Of a DNA stretch of 64,000 nt, positions 1-37,725 are shown one piece after another. The stretch is from Macrostomum lignano (taxonomy: Eukaryota), in the NCBI GenBank assembly GCA_002269645.1, contig NIVC01000640.1, positions 124,001 through 188,000 of the forward strand, given 5' to 3'. A program made the position numbers and the translations under genes. The stretch's first letter is position 1. Every line of letters starts with the position of its first letter. The notes under the pieces were generated by a model that saw only the letters and a list, made by a program, of their open reading frames with translations, was not told the origin of the DNA and did no database searches.

Positions 1-127
1 GGCCGGGCAGCTAGCAGTTGTCGGATCAGTCAAATTTCTATAAAAATGCGCTCCCGTCAACCTCTAAGCGACAGTCTGGCGGCTTTGCGGCTATGGGAAC
101 TTAGACTGCAGGCCTCGGCTCTGAGAG

Positions 128-2758
128 ATGCACTGTGCGAGGGCCTCCGCACTGCTGCTGCTTCTGGCCGCTGCTCTGCTCTGCGGGAGGATCAGCGGCC
201 TGGACGACTGCCGGCGGCTCTGTCCGGCCGCCTGTCCGGTCTGCAGCTTCCGCTACGCATTCGCCCAGCACCATCTGGAGCTCGACTGCGCTTTTGCTGC
301 CGACGCTGGCGCCCTGACACCTCTGACGAACTGCCTGGCTGGCGGCGACCTCAATGTGCTGATCATCCGCCGGGTGCGCTCGGCTGTCCGGCTGCTCAGC
401 AAGCTGTCCGGCCTGCCGCGCCTCATCTACCTCAACTTGAGCCGCAACGACGTCACAGGCCTGCCAGCCGGCGCCTTCGCCGGATTCGCCGAGCTGCGCG
501 ACCTCGTCCTCGACGCCAACAGAATCGACAGCCTCGCCGACGGGTCGCTGGCGGCGCCTCGGCTGCGCCGGCTCAGCTTGGCGCGCAACCGGCTGGCCAA
601 CATCTCGGCGGCGGCGTTTGGCAGCGCCGCCAATCAGCTGACGCGGATTGACCTCAGCCACAACCTGCTGGACGAGCTGACGGACTGGCCTCTGCTGCTG
701 GCTGAGCGGGCCGGACACCGGCCGGGCGTCAGGCGGAGCCTGCGGCTGCTGCTCGACCACAACCGGGTGCGCCAGTTCACGGCTGAGCGGCGGTGGCCGG
801 CCTATATGCTGGGCCGTCTGGCGGATGCTGGGCTCAACATCAGCCTGGTTGGCAACGGCATCCGCCACCTCGGCGTCCTGCTCAGCGGCTGGCACCTGCT
901 CGACAATCAGCCGCCGGCTCGGGCAGAAAACTGGCGACCGCTGATCAGCAGCCTGGCCGGAAATCCCCTGCACTGCGACTGCGAAGACTTCCGGCTTCTC
1001 TATCCCGACGGCGGGCGCACCTCCCCGCTGGCCGCACTGCTGGAAAGCTCAGCCGCGCTGCCCGAATGCGCCGAGCCCGCCGAGTTGCGCGGCCGTCGTC
1101 CACTGGTTGGCGCCAAGTTCCGGCCCGGCCTGGCGCCCGCGGAGCTCGTCTGCCAGCGCCAGCCCTGCCTTGACTCGGCCGCCGGGCGCTGCCGCTGCAC
1201 CGAAGAGCCGTGGCGCCGGGCGCTGTCGGTTGACTGTCGCGGAGTGACGCTGGACCGACTGCCGCACTGGCGGGAGCTGCCGCCCCTCCCGGCTAGCGGC
1301 GGCTACGCCTACCGGTTCAACTTCAGCGGCGGCCGACTGGCCAACCGCGGCCTGCCCGGCATGCCGAAGGTCTTCCGCGAGGCCGTCAGTCTCGACCTGA
1401 GCGGCACCGGACTCGAGGATCTGCCGGCCCGCTACCTGGCCAAGCTGCAGAGCCTGGAAGAGCTCATGCTGCATCACAATCTGCTCACCCGGCTTGACCC
1501 GGAACTAGCCAGGACGTCTTTTCCTCGGCTTCGCCGGCTCCGCCTGGACAGAAACCCCTGGCACTGCGGCTGCAACTCCAGCTGGCTGCCCGGCTGGCTG
1601 CGCGCCCTGCGCCACACGCTACTGGCGCCTGACGATGTGCGCTGCGCCGAGCCGCCGCGCCTGCGCGACCGATCGCTGCTGTCGCTGAGCTCCGCCGTCC
1701 TGTGCGACCTACCGGAGCCGCGGCCGGCAAACCGGGGCTACGACCGGCTGGCCCTCAGCTCGTCCGCCATCAGCGCCGCCCTGGCCCTGGCTACCATGGC
1801 CCTCTTGGCCGCCTTCTGCGGCCGGGTCAGCCTGTTCGCCAGCTGCGGCCTGCACCCCTTCGACAGGGACGAGTGCGCCGGCGAAGCCAAATCCTGCGAC
1901 GCGTTTATCATGTTCCACCCGGACGATGCGGACTGGGTAGCCGCCGTGCTAGTAGAGAAGCTGCGCCGCCGGCCGCGGCCCTACGCCCTGTGCACCCACG
2001 ACCGCACCCGGCTGCCCGGCGTCCCCGCCTACCCGGCCGTCTGGCACGCCGTGGAGTCCAGCAAGCGCGTCCTGGCGGTGGTCACCGACAGCTTCTTAGC
2101 CAGCGTGGATTCCTGCACAGACTACCAGCTGGCTGTTCACTTCCTGGCCGCGCGAGCCCGGCCTCGCCGCGCCTGCCGCCTGGTGCACATCCTGTTCCCC
2201 GGTGTTCGCCGGCTCCCGCCCGGCCTGTTGGGCGTCGGCGGACGCGCCGCAGCAGCCCGCGCTGTTGCTCTGCGCTACGGCCGGCGCGGCTTCTGGCGCG
2301 AGCTGTTCTACCGGATGCCGCTGTGCGCAGCCAATGGGGTGGCCGCTGCTGCCGATGCAGCCGCCAGAGCCGTGGTGGATTCCTCGTCGCACTCGGCCTG
2401 CGCCAGCCCGCGCCGCCTGCTGTCCGCCTCCGCGGGCATCGTCGACAGCTTCAAGCAGGACGAGGACGAGAGCGGCGTCAATGAGAACCCGTGGAGTCAG
2501 CACGGTGGATTCGCAGCAAGCCGACAGCGCAGCAGCCACTGTCCGATGCACCGGCCACTACGACAGACTCTGACGATGCCCAGACACTGCGGCAGCTTCT
2601 GTGGCGGCGTCAGCGCAGCGGCGGCGGCTGCGGCAGCGTCGGCAGCGTCTGGCGCCCAGCCCGGAGGCTCCTGCGCGACGCTCAGCACCTTTCGATCGCC
2701 GCAGCGTCACTACGGAGATGAAGCGATGGACTTTGAGTTCAGCGAGGCCACGGTTTGA
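128..2758 (+). CDS. Toll-like receptor, multiple-cysteine-cluster (protostome-type), 876 aa, single coding exon
   Basis: Signal peptide (MHCARASALLLLLAAALLC). LRRs (LIYLNLSRNDV, LRRLSLARNRL, LTRIDLSHNLL). LRRCT NPLHCDC..CAEP, internal LRRNT (CRC..VDCRG), more LRRs, second LRRCT NPWHCGC..CAEPPRL. TM at ~1748-1818, juxtamembrane HPFDRDEC, TIR at ~1895-2320 (DAFIMF box1, HDRTRLPG BB-loop, FWREL box3), then a low-complexity tail. Confidence 0.93.
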   Translation: MHCARASALLLLLAAALLCGRISGLDDCRRLCPAACPVCSFRYAFAQHHLELDCAFAADAGALTPLTNCLAGGDLNVLIIRRVRSAVRLLSKLSGLPRLIYLNLSRNDVTGLPAGAFAGFAELRDLVLDANRIDSLADGSLAAPRLRRLSLARNRLANISAAAFGSAANQLTRIDLSHNLLDELTDWPLLLAERAGHRPGVRRSLRLLLDHNRVRQFTAERRWPAYMLGRLADAGLNISLVGNGIRHLGVLLSGWHLLDNQPPARAENWRPLISSLAGNPLHCDCEDFRLLYPDGGRTSPLAALLESSAALPECAEPAELRGRRPLVGAKFRPGLAPAELVCQRQPCLDSAAGRCRCTEEPWRRALSVDCRGVTLDRLPHWRELPPLPASGGYAYRFNFSGGRLANRGLPGMPKVFREAVSLDLSGTGLEDLPARYLAKLQSLEELMLHHNLLTRLDPELARTSFPRLRRLRLDRNPWHCGCNSSWLPGWLRALRHTLLAPDDVRCAEPPRLRDRSLLSLSSAVLCDLPEPRPANRGYDRLALSSSAISAALALATMALLAAFCGRVSLFASCGLHPFDRDECAGEAKSCDAFIMFHPDDADWVAAVLVEKLRRRPRPYALCTHDRTRLPGVPAYPAVWHAVESSKRVLAVVTDSFLASVDSCTDYQLAVHFLAARARPRRACRLVHILFPGVRRLPPGLLGVGGRAAAARAVALRYGRRGFWRELFYRMPLCAANGVAAAADAAARAVVDSSSHSACASPRRLLSASAGIVDSFKQDEDESGVNENPWSQHGGFAASRQRSSHCPMHRPLRQTLTMPRHCGSFCGGVSAAAAAAAASAASGAQPGGSCATLSTFRSPQRHYGDEAMDFEFSEATV

Positions 2759-3768
2759 TTGAGAATATGTGCGCCGAGCAGCCTAATTGTATTTAATGCT
2801 CACTTCTCTCACTAGTATTCCCAGACTTTAGCGTATCGAAGAGTTATTTGTTTTTTCTCATGCATCCTGATTTGTTAGTTTAGTCAGCCATGCCTATTGC
2901 AGCCCATGCGCTGAAAGTTAGCCCAGCCCGCCGGCTGTGGGGCAGGCGCATTTCTAAGAAACTGGAATGGGGAATCGGCCGAGTTTGCACTCGAGCGGAT
3001 CAAGGGATCAGAGGGATGGGAAGCCAAATGGGCTTTTGGTGATGCCTCACTTTGCCCACCTCTGACCCATCCCCTCACTGGCGGGTGGGGTGGGCCGGGG
3101 GGGGGCTGACAAGTGGGGCATGAAAGCGCGTCTCTCCAGGCTCCCAGCGGGCCATAAAGGTCGGATGATGGGGGGGAGGGTTCAGCAGCTTCCAGCCGCT
3201 CCGTAGGGCTGCGGGACAGAGATCACGCCCCGGAGAGCATGTCAGTGGGACAGGGGAGGGGCGCGACCATGTGGAGATAATCTGTTTGTCCATGGTCCTC
3301 TTTCCTATTCTAAATCAGCCCAAGCTATCCAAGGCTACAGCAGTATTTCGCCTCAATTTGCATGCCGCATGTTGAATTCCTCCGGCTGAAGGTTAGGAGC
3401 CAGCGAGAGAGCTCTGAGGTCCTCTATGCAAACTGATATCTTGATACTGACTGCCTGAGCGAATGGCGAGAGAATAAGAATTATCCACTTGAATGGCATT
3501 CCAATTGACTTTGGTATGGAAGAGAAAGCGTTGATCGATGCTTCAAGTTTTAATGGCTCAATTGTGTTTTTTTGAAAGAATGCAAATATTTATTTTAAAT
3601 TCAGCCTGTCGAATTAGTAAACTAGATTCAGAAGGAAAATCTAACTTACAATTGCTTCCAAATATTACATTAGTCTTATCAGCCTTCATTCTATTCCTTC
3701 AACCATACCGACTTAGATTAGCAATCCATTCTATTCTTTCAACCACAACCATAACAAGCATAAAATAA

Positions 3769-4199
3769 TATGGAATGCTGATCATGAGCACACTGAATAT
3801 GGAATGCTGATCATGAGCACACTGAATATAGAATGCTGATCATGAGCACACTGAATATAGAATGCTGATCATGAGCACACTGAATATAGAATGCTGATCA
3901 TGAGCACACTGAATATGGAATGCTGATCATGAGCACACTGAATATGGAATGCTGATCATGAGCACACTGAATATGGAATGCTGATCATGAGCACACTGAA
4001 TATGGAATGCTGATCATGAGCACACTGAATATGGAATGCTGATCATGAGCACACTGAATATAGAATGCTGATCATGAGCACACTGAATATAGCATGCTGA
4101 TCATGAGCACACTGAATATGGAATGCTGATCATGAGCACACTGAATATAGAATGCTGATCATGAGCACACTGAATATAGAATGCTGATCATGAGCACAC
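3769..4199. repeat. 29-bp minisatellite, ~15 copies
   Basis: Unit TGGAATGCTGATCATGAGCACACTGAATA. Confidence 0.95.
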
Positions 4200-4957
4200 G
4201 ACATGGGTTACGACACTGTTCTGAGAAGTCAGCAGAATTTTCATCCCCTTAGATACTGATTCCTGCAACTCAGGCTAAACCCAGGACTTAAACCAGCGAG
4301 CATTAGACAGATTAGAGCAGGTTGGCGAGCTGGCAGAGAAGACCCTCTGGCACCGGCCGAGTCCTCAGCAAGTGCAGCCTGCATTTTCTGCTTCTGCAAA
4401 GCAGAGCTCAATTCAGAAATCCTCACGCACCCTCACCCAGTCCCCCTCCCTTACTCTCTTACGCTCTCGCTCCCGTCAGGGGACACTCGAGCAAGATGGG
4501 AAAACAATCAGGGAAAGGTTCGCGATTTCTCTCCCCATTCAGCATCCCTTCCTCATCTGCTTCGATCGGCGGCTGGGAAGCCAAATTGGTTTTGCTGAGT
4601 GAGGGGCGGGGGAGGTGCGGATTCTGAAACCTTTTATTTTTCGCTCGCGGATTTTTATTTTCGTCGCAGTCCATTAATTTCTCACTGTTGTTCTTGGGGG
4701 GGGGGCGCTACAGTTATTGCCAACTGCGAGAGGAACACTGATATGAGGGAATTCATCCCAATCTGCGATGAGGCAGCCCTGTGCTCCAGTTGCTCTGCAA
4801 ATTGATCTTTTCACTTGAGTGTCCGAGTTCGAATATCCGATCAGGTGCACATTAGCCTGTCTCTGGCTCTAAGATGGATAAGTGAGATGAGCTTGATAAG
4901 AAAGGTGAAATGGAAATAAAAGAAACTGATGAACTGAAAGAAACAGATAGGCATCTA

Positions 4958-5510
<553 letters not shown>

Positions 5511-5734
5511 TCAATATTTTTTCTTTGTAATTGCAACTCAACTGCAGATCTTTGATGCGACCTCAGATGGACTATCAATTATTATTACTTATAGTGTGAG
5601 TTAATTATTGTTTAGCTCCATTATTAAATAAATAACTTGCGCCGGCAATCTTCAAAAGCGTGTAAATTCATCGCTGTAATCGGGAAGTTTTGAAATTGTG
5701 CAGACTGATTGTTCTTCTTTTGCCCGATATCTCA

Positions 5735-5880
5735 GCCATAGGGGCCACAGAGAGTGTACATGCCTGGCAGGATTAGATAGTCGGAGCTGTTGTACATCCT
5801 GTGTGAGCGTGCGTATGACTGCATGTGCATGTGCTCAGGAGCCAGCGGAATGCGCAGGGTGCCCGCAGCCTCCTGTGACT
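5735..5880 (+). mobile_element. Diverged fragment of SINE family B
   Basis: Shares GTGTACATGCCT, TGTACA(T/C)CCTGTGTGAG, GCGTATGACTGC and GCTCAGG..GCGGAATG with 32230-32360. Confidence 0.55.
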
Positions 5881-6533
5881 ACTACCACTGTTAACATTAC
5901 TAGCTTTGCGATTGTACACAGCTACGCCCCTATAGTCAAGTTCCTCTTTGGGCTTTCCCCAATACTCAATCCCCCCCCCCTTGAAGGTGGAAGAGCCGTA
6001 GGCGCGGGCAGCCTTAATTAACGGCGTGTCTCCTGCTCCCAGCCAAGCCGGCTGTCGCAAATTTTCGAGGCGCCAAGGTGAAGCAAAAAAAGTTACTCTC
6101 CGCAATCAAACACGAGGCGCCGTCTTCTCAGTTGTGAATTCTGATACATCCTACTAGCTCAGGTCAGACCAATTAGTAGCAGTAGTCCGTCTCTCCTAGC
6201 ACGTCCCGCAGGGACAGAGCGACTTCATTTCAAAGCGATGGCCCACTGAGAGGGGGCAGCAGTGTTTGATTAATTCGTTAATTATAAATAGCCGCCTCGC
6301 ATTCGAATAGATTGAAAAGTCAATTCTGCTGAGTGTGCCAACTGAGGCTCCCGGTCATCATTTATTGATTAGGGCGATAGATTGCTAATTATTAAGTCTC
6401 TACCACGGCTTACCTAGCTGTCCTATTGTTTCTCCCATAGGGTATTACTCTGGATGAGCCATTTTGTGCTGCGGCAATCGCGCAGCCTCAGCTATAGACA
6501 TTGTCAACGGTAGACTGTAAATACACAGCAGCT

Positions 6534-7380
<847 letters not shown>

Positions 7381-7962
7381 AGAATCTGTCATGTGAATTC
7401 CGTGTTTTTTTTAAGTGTTTTTTTCTTTCAATTCCTCTTTTCCCCAGTCCCTGTCCTTTGCCTGTCAACCGCTCTGTGTCAGCCGGGGAAGCGGCGGAAG
7501 GAAGGCGGGGCGAAGAGTGGTGGGTGCCGGCAGAGGTCTCTGAAGAGGGGCACGACCCGCTGAGCACATTGATGGCCGATCAGGTGTGTAAATAAGCAGC
7601 ACCGGAGTTCCACCGCGATCTGGCGAGAGCCCCCGCTGCTACTGCTGGCGCTAATTGTTGTCCCAGAGACAGGGACAGGTTGGACCAGAAACTGGCTGAA
7701 TATGAGAGCAAAGAGTCCTTGTGCAACTATACAAACACACAGGGGCTTAAAAAGGTAAGCCGAGAGATGGGGAGGGCGGGTTGGCAACATGCAGGGTGTC
7801 GGCAGGCGCCGCATTTGCAAAGCGCCTGGCAATGCCGTTGGCGAGTCGCTGGCGTTCCTAAAAAAATCTTTCTTTTTCACCGCCTGCCTCATTTTTCTCT
7901 CCCTGTTTTGCAATTGAATTGAATTGGCGGCGGGGACAGTGCGGCCGTGTCAGCGGAAGGTG

Positions 7963-7964
<2 letters not shown>

Positions 7965-7999
<35 letters not shown>
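7965..7999. repeat. (CA)n microsatellite
   Basis: Direct read. Confidence 0.9.
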
Positions 8000-8001
<2 letters not shown>

Positions 8002-8635
8002 ATTTGTCCCCCCGCTTGGCACCTGAAGTGTGCTGTTTGTGCTAGTGTGTAACCCCTCCCCTCTGCAGCCTACTGGGAGCGGGGCATTATTGCTGTGCAG
8101 CGAGCCGAAGCTCCCCTCCCCACTCTACTCTGTGATTTCTATTTTATCACCTTGCCATTTCATATTTCATAGCAGCCCTGCCACACCCAACAAAATCCCA
8201 GGCCTGGCCCCGGGGATCAATGGAGTTTTTTGATGCATTGGATTTTCGGTCTGCCTGTCAGACGAGTCCTGAGCTGTACTCCGCTCTTAATACCTGGGGG
8301 AGTGCAGTTGAAACAGATCGCTCACGGATCTTGATTGGCAGTAAGAGCTCCGGGCTGATCTGGCTGCTGTGTTAGACTGAGAGGCTGAGTAATGAGATGC
8401 TAGTCATCATCGCGACTTTCTGCTCTGCATTATTTTGTCAGCCACTTTTGTTTATCCTAGGCCTCAGCTCACTCTGTAGGCAACGGATTGACTATCACTC
8501 CTGCCGCGCTCATTTTACTGACTTTTGAGCGACTTCTGTAGTTCATTATTGCGCATTTAATTATCTTGATAAATCATTGTTGATACTACTGGAAGTAGCA
8601 ATGGAGTAGCCGGTTTTTTTAATTTAGTCACCGTT

Positions 8636-9270
8636 ACCCTCAGCCCCTCACCATCACCCTCAACCCCTCACCATCACCCTCAAACCCCTCACCATCACCC
8701 TCAAACCCATCACCATCACCCTCAAACCCATCACCATCACCCTCAAACCCCTCACCATCACCCTCAACCCCTCATCATCACCCTCAAACCCATCACCATC
8801 ACTCTAACCCCTCACCATCACCCTCAAACCCCTCACCATCACTCTAACCCCTCACCATCACCCTCAAACCCCTCACCATCACTCTAACCCCTCACCATCA
8901 CCCTCAAACCCATCACCATCACCCTCAAACCCCTCACCATCACCCTCAACCCCTCACCATCACCCTCAAACCCATCACCATCACCCGCAACCCCTCATCA
9001 TCACCCTCAAACCCATCACCATCACCCGCAACCCCTCACCATCACCCTCAATCCCTCACCATCACCCTCAACCCCTCACCATCACCCTCAACCCCTCACC
9101 ATCACCCTTAGCCCTTTCACCATCACCCTCAACCCCTCACCATCACCCTTAGCCCTTTCACCATCACCCTCAACCCCTCACCATCACCCTTAGCCCTCTC
9201 ACCATCACCCTCAACCCCTCACCATCACCCTTAGCCCTCTCACCATCACCCTCAACCCCTCACCCTCACC
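8636..9270. repeat. 20-21-bp C-rich minisatellite
   Basis: Unit CCCCTCACCATCACCCTCAA(A). Confidence 0.95.
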
Positions 9271-9786
9271 CTCAGTCCTCTATACTTTTTTTCGGTCCAT
9301 TTTAATCTCCATTTTTTCAATCCTATGTGTTTTATCAGCTCACGGTGACAAAAGAGCTAGATATATTCAATATAAATCAAGTAACAAGCAATGCATTCAA
9401 TTTTGCTCCTACAATTGACTGATTGTTTAAATTCTACAATGACTCGTTGAAATTTGGATGACAAAATGATTGACAAAATGACAAAATGACAAAATGAATG
9501 TCTTGCACTTTTATTGAGAGCTGATAGATGCGGGACACCACTGTGCCAAAATCTGTTTACGAATGCAAAGAATATTAATTTGCACGGCGCTTCTGCTGCA
9601 ACACAGAATTTTAAATTATTATAAATTAAATTACTTTGCATATTGAAATTTCTTGAATTGAATTTTTCATCAGGCGTTGAGGCAAGATTTTCTGTTAACA
9701 GAATACAGAAACTGAGCGCATTTTGAGGCATTGAGTCCAAGTCATAATAGAGAAATCAGTGGGCTTCTTGTGCAGGAGACTGGGTC

Positions 9787-10165
9787 TACTGAACGTGTAG
9801 TAGCTACGGGTCCACTGAACGTGCAGTAGCTACGGGTCCACTGAACGTGCAGTAGCTACGAGTCCACTGAACGTGCAGTAGCTACGGGTCCACTGAACGT
9901 GCAGTAGCTACGAGTCCACTGAACGTGCAGTAGCTACGGGTTCACTGAACGTGCAGTAGCTACGAGTCCACTGAACGTGCAGTAGCTACGAGTCCACTGA
10001 ACGTGCAGTAGCTACGAGTCCACTGAACGTGCAGTAGCTACGGGTTCACTGAACGTGCAGTAGCTACGAGTCCACTCACTGTACGTGAAGTAGCTACGGG
10101 TCCACTGAACGTGCAGTAGCTACGGGTCCACTGATCGTGCAGTAGCTACGGGTCCACTGAACGTG
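9787..10165. repeat. 26-bp minisatellite
   Basis: Unit ACTGAACGTGCAGTAGCTACG(G/A)GTCC. Confidence 0.95.
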
Positions 10166-10907
10166 AACTCAGGCAGTTTTTTGTCTTTTTCTAAATGGCT
10201 TAAATAGCAACCTGAAGTAGGAGACATTAAACAGAAAGTACCGAAGCCATCGAATAAAACACGGGAACGGTAAAGAGAAAGTGAAGTGGAATGTTATGGC
10301 CTCAGTCTGTGCAAACAACTTTTACTAGTAACGTGAATGTGGACAGAAAAAATCCACTAATTTTAGCTGATACCCAATGAAACTTTTCTTAGCAATAAAA
10401 GCTAGCAACGATTGGTGTTTATATACAGAGATTGCAGCAGCACCGCATGACTGACAATGCTTTGCGCCTGGTTGGCTAAGAGTGAGATTAAATAATTAAG
10501 GTGCTTGTGCTTCTGTGTTAAAAATATTAGCAATTCAATTTACATCGAAGCAGATAGTATATGTAGCGGTGTAATTGAGAGAGAAATAGCGAACCTGCTC
10601 ACTGGGATCATTGTGAGTAGCTTTAGAAGAAAAAAATTGAACACAACGACGTTAGCATACAGGACCACAGCTCACATTTGATTGGCTCCGCCCAGTTAAC
10701 AGTTTCAACCAATCAGCGGTCGCCGAGGGGTTAGAAAAACAGAAGCGCCAATGTACATTATTTAAGTTGGTACCGATGGACAAGTCGACCAGAAAGATTT
10801 CGCGTGGAATGCTAAGCCAAATGTCAAAGCTAAATAAATTCCTTCCACAGCATTGGTTTCTGCAGATTATTTATTTTAAAACTCCACCTTAAAAAGTTCC
10901 GATGCAG

Positions 10908-34599
<23,692 letters not shown>

Positions 34600-34834
34600 C
34601 TGTTGCAGCGGGGAGAAATAGGCTGGGCGCCCTCGGTTGATGTGCCAGTAAGACCGCTTGCTAATGGCTGCAGCCAAAAGCCAATGAGGGAGCCCTGGGG
34701 GGGGGGGGTCGCGACCGTGATTTGGGGAGTCGGCTGTATTTTTTTAAGCTGACTGATGTCGGTAGCCATGGATTCAGGATGCCGTTATTTTGGGTACGAC
34801 CCCAGTGGCAACCCTCCCATGAAGGAATGGAGGA

Positions 34835-35700
34835 TAGCGATACCCCTCTCCTGAAGGAATGGGGGATAGCGAGACACCCTCTCCTGATATGCATTAATGG
34901 AGTATAGCGATGCAACCTCACTGAAGGATGAGAGGACAGCGACACTACTCCCCTGAAGGATAGTTAGATAGTGACACATCCTTTCCAAAAAGATAGAGGA
35001 TAGGGAGGCATCCTCTTCTGAAGGATGATAGAATTGCGACACTCTCTCTCCTGAAGGATGGGAGGATGGCGACACTCTCTCTCCTGAAGGATGGGAGGAT
35101 GGTGACACTCTCTCTCCTGAAGGATGGGAGGATGGCGACACTCTCTCTCCTGAAGGATGGGAGGATGGCGACACTCTCTCTCCTGAAGGATGGGAGGATG
35201 GCGACACTCTCTCTCCTGAAGGATGGGAGGATGGCGACACTCTCTCTCCTGAAGGATGGGAGGATGGCGACACTCTCTCTCCTGAAGGATGTGAGGATAG
35301 CGACACTCTCTCTCCTGAAGGATGTGAGGATAGCGACACTCTCTCTCCTGAAGGATGTGAGGATAGCGACACTCTCTCTCCTGAAGGATGGGAGGATGGC
35401 GACACTCTCTCTCCTGAAGGATTGGAACATGGTGAAACTCTCTCTCCTGAAGGATGATAAACACCCTTTCTTGAAGGATGGGACATGAGAGGATGGAGAC
35501 ACTCTCTCTCCTGAAGGATGTGAGGATAGCGACACTCTCTCTCCTGAAGGATGGGAGGATGGCGACACTCTCTCTCCTGAAGGATTGGAACATGGTGAAA
35601 CTCTCTCTCCTGAAGGATGATAAACACCCTTTCTTGAAGGATGGGACATGGGAGGATGGAGACACTCCCTCTCCTGAAGGATGGTTAGATAGCGACACAC
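34835..35700. repeat. 33-bp minisatellite
   Basis: Unit GACACTCTCTCTCCTGAAGGATGGGAGGATGGC. Confidence 0.94.
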
Positions 35701-36172
35701 CCATTCCTAAAAGATGGAGGATAGGGAGGGATAGGATGAATGATAGGGGGATAGCGTCACACCCTCCCCGAAGGATGGGGCAGTCTACGTGACGCCACAA
35801 CAGCTCGAGTAGACAGACAATCGTGAATCAAAATACAGGTATATGTTATCGAATAATGAAAGCCAGGCGGGGAGTTGACGCGAAACGCTCGGCAAACAGT
35901 GTATGAAGATCATCTCTCCTTGTGCACGAACGCGTGTATTGTGTATGGACTGTAAATGCGACCCCACACGTAGCGCCCAGCTGTCAACACAAGAGGTCAG
36001 CCATTCCAGGCTACATGTAAGCAAACAATATTCCGATTGATTTCTCTGATTGCGGCAAATACAGCTGCAAATCACCATTTTGACCGACAAAGAGACCGCG
36101 CAGCTTCATTTCCGCTTCATCAGAACCAAATCACCACTACCACGGCGGGGTTAGGCGGCAAAAGCAGATATA

Positions 36173-36344
36173 CGAGGGCTGTCCAAAAGTACTAAATTTT
36201 AGTTTAAAACTTTTTTCCATTGTCTGTTTTTTATGATGTTAAAGTTAACATAAAGAAGAGAGTTGCCGCTATAAATCTGTGCAAAATAATGTTATTTGGA
36301 TCAGCAGAACAAGTGAAAAGTAACTACTGTTTGGACAGCCCTCA
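36173..36344. mobile_element. Tc1/mariner-type MITE, 172 bp
   Basis: TA|CGAGGGCTGTCCAAAAGTA ... TACTGTTTGGACAGCCCTCA|TA: imperfect TIRs flanked by TA. Confidence 0.7.
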
Positions 36345-37139
36345 TACTAACTTAGCCAAAATCTACTTCTATTTAACCCGCCTGACCACCAATACCAATG
36401 CGCTCATCAATGAGTTTCCCTCTTCTGTAAGGAGGAGAAAATATTGCACAGAAGGTCACATTTCGGCAGGGAATCCTGCGCGTTCTGTCGACCTACTATA
36501 AGTAGCTAATTAGGAGGAAAGCAGCTGAAAAACAAGCCTTTAAATTTTATGAGAACTTCCATTCAAAAGTCAAGTCAACAATATATATTTTCATTAATTT
36601 TCTCTATAACTATCAAAATCAAAACAGTAAATTTATTGAAGATTTGGACGCAATCAGAGTTTTAAAAAGTGGAATAACTGAAACAGTGTTATGCATGATT
36701 GATTTTTCCACCTGTAGAATATGCTCCTTTCCAGAAGGCTGTAATTAAATATTAATCAGACAATCAAGACAGCAGAAATAGAAGACGGAATACAAAGTAC
36801 TTTTAGGCTAACAATAGCAAATGCAATTAAAGTGAATAAGATTACTGTAATAAGATTACTTGACAGCTCTGCTGTATTCAAAATAATTAACTCATTATAC
36901 AGAAAGTACTAAACATTAAGCATGCTGATAATAAGCTAATAGTAAAATGCATACTTGGAAACATAGTAAACACACTGAGTCCCTTGCTATAAAGATGCGA
37001 AGTCAAAACAAATCAATTAGAATAAATTACTATAACGAGAACCTCTCTAAGATGGTAAAAAATTGTGAGAATTAAAGTCAAATAACTAGCTCGTATTAAG
37101 GATATACATACACCTGTAGCAAACTTCTTGCACACCCGA

Positions 37140-37725
37140 AACCCTACACCCTAGGCCGATCCCACACCCTAGACCGATCCCATACCCTAGTCCCAATCCC
37201 ACACACTTACCCTGAGTCCCACATCCTAGTCCCAATCCCACACCCTTACCCTGAATCCCACATCCTAGTCCCAATCCCACACCCTAGTCCCAATCCCACA
37301 CCCTACCGCCAATCCCACACCCTACCCCCAATCCCACACCCTACCCCCAATCCCACACCCTACCCCCAATCCCACACCCTACCCCCAATCCCACACCCTT
37401 ACCCTCAATCCCACATCCTAGTCCCAATCCCACACCCTACCCCCAATCCCACACCCTATCCCCAATCCCACACCCTAGTCCCAATCCCACACCCTAGTCC
37501 CAATCCCACACCCTACCCCCAATCCCACACCCTAGTCCCAATCCCACACCCTAGTCCCAATCCCACACCCTAGTCCCAATCCCACACCCTAGTCCCAATC
37601 CCACACCCTAGTCCCAATCCCACACCCTACCCCAATCCCACACCCTAGTCCCAATCCCACACCCTACCCCCAATCCCACACCCTATCCCCAATCCCACAC
37701 CCTACCCCCAATCCCACACCCTACT
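37140..37725. repeat. 19-bp C-rich minisatellite
   Basis: Unit CCCAATCCCACACCCTAGT / ...CCCTACC. Confidence 0.94.

Noticed and set aside
46-2721. Overlapping ORFs on both strands around the TLR (e.g. 101-973 -, 1702-2484 +)
   Set aside because: Shadow frames of a very GC-rich CDS; no domain motifs.
2744-2758. PDZ-binding motif at the TLR C-terminus (SEATV)
   Set aside because: Position -2 is Ala, not Ser/Thr, so it does not fit class I; too weak to claim.
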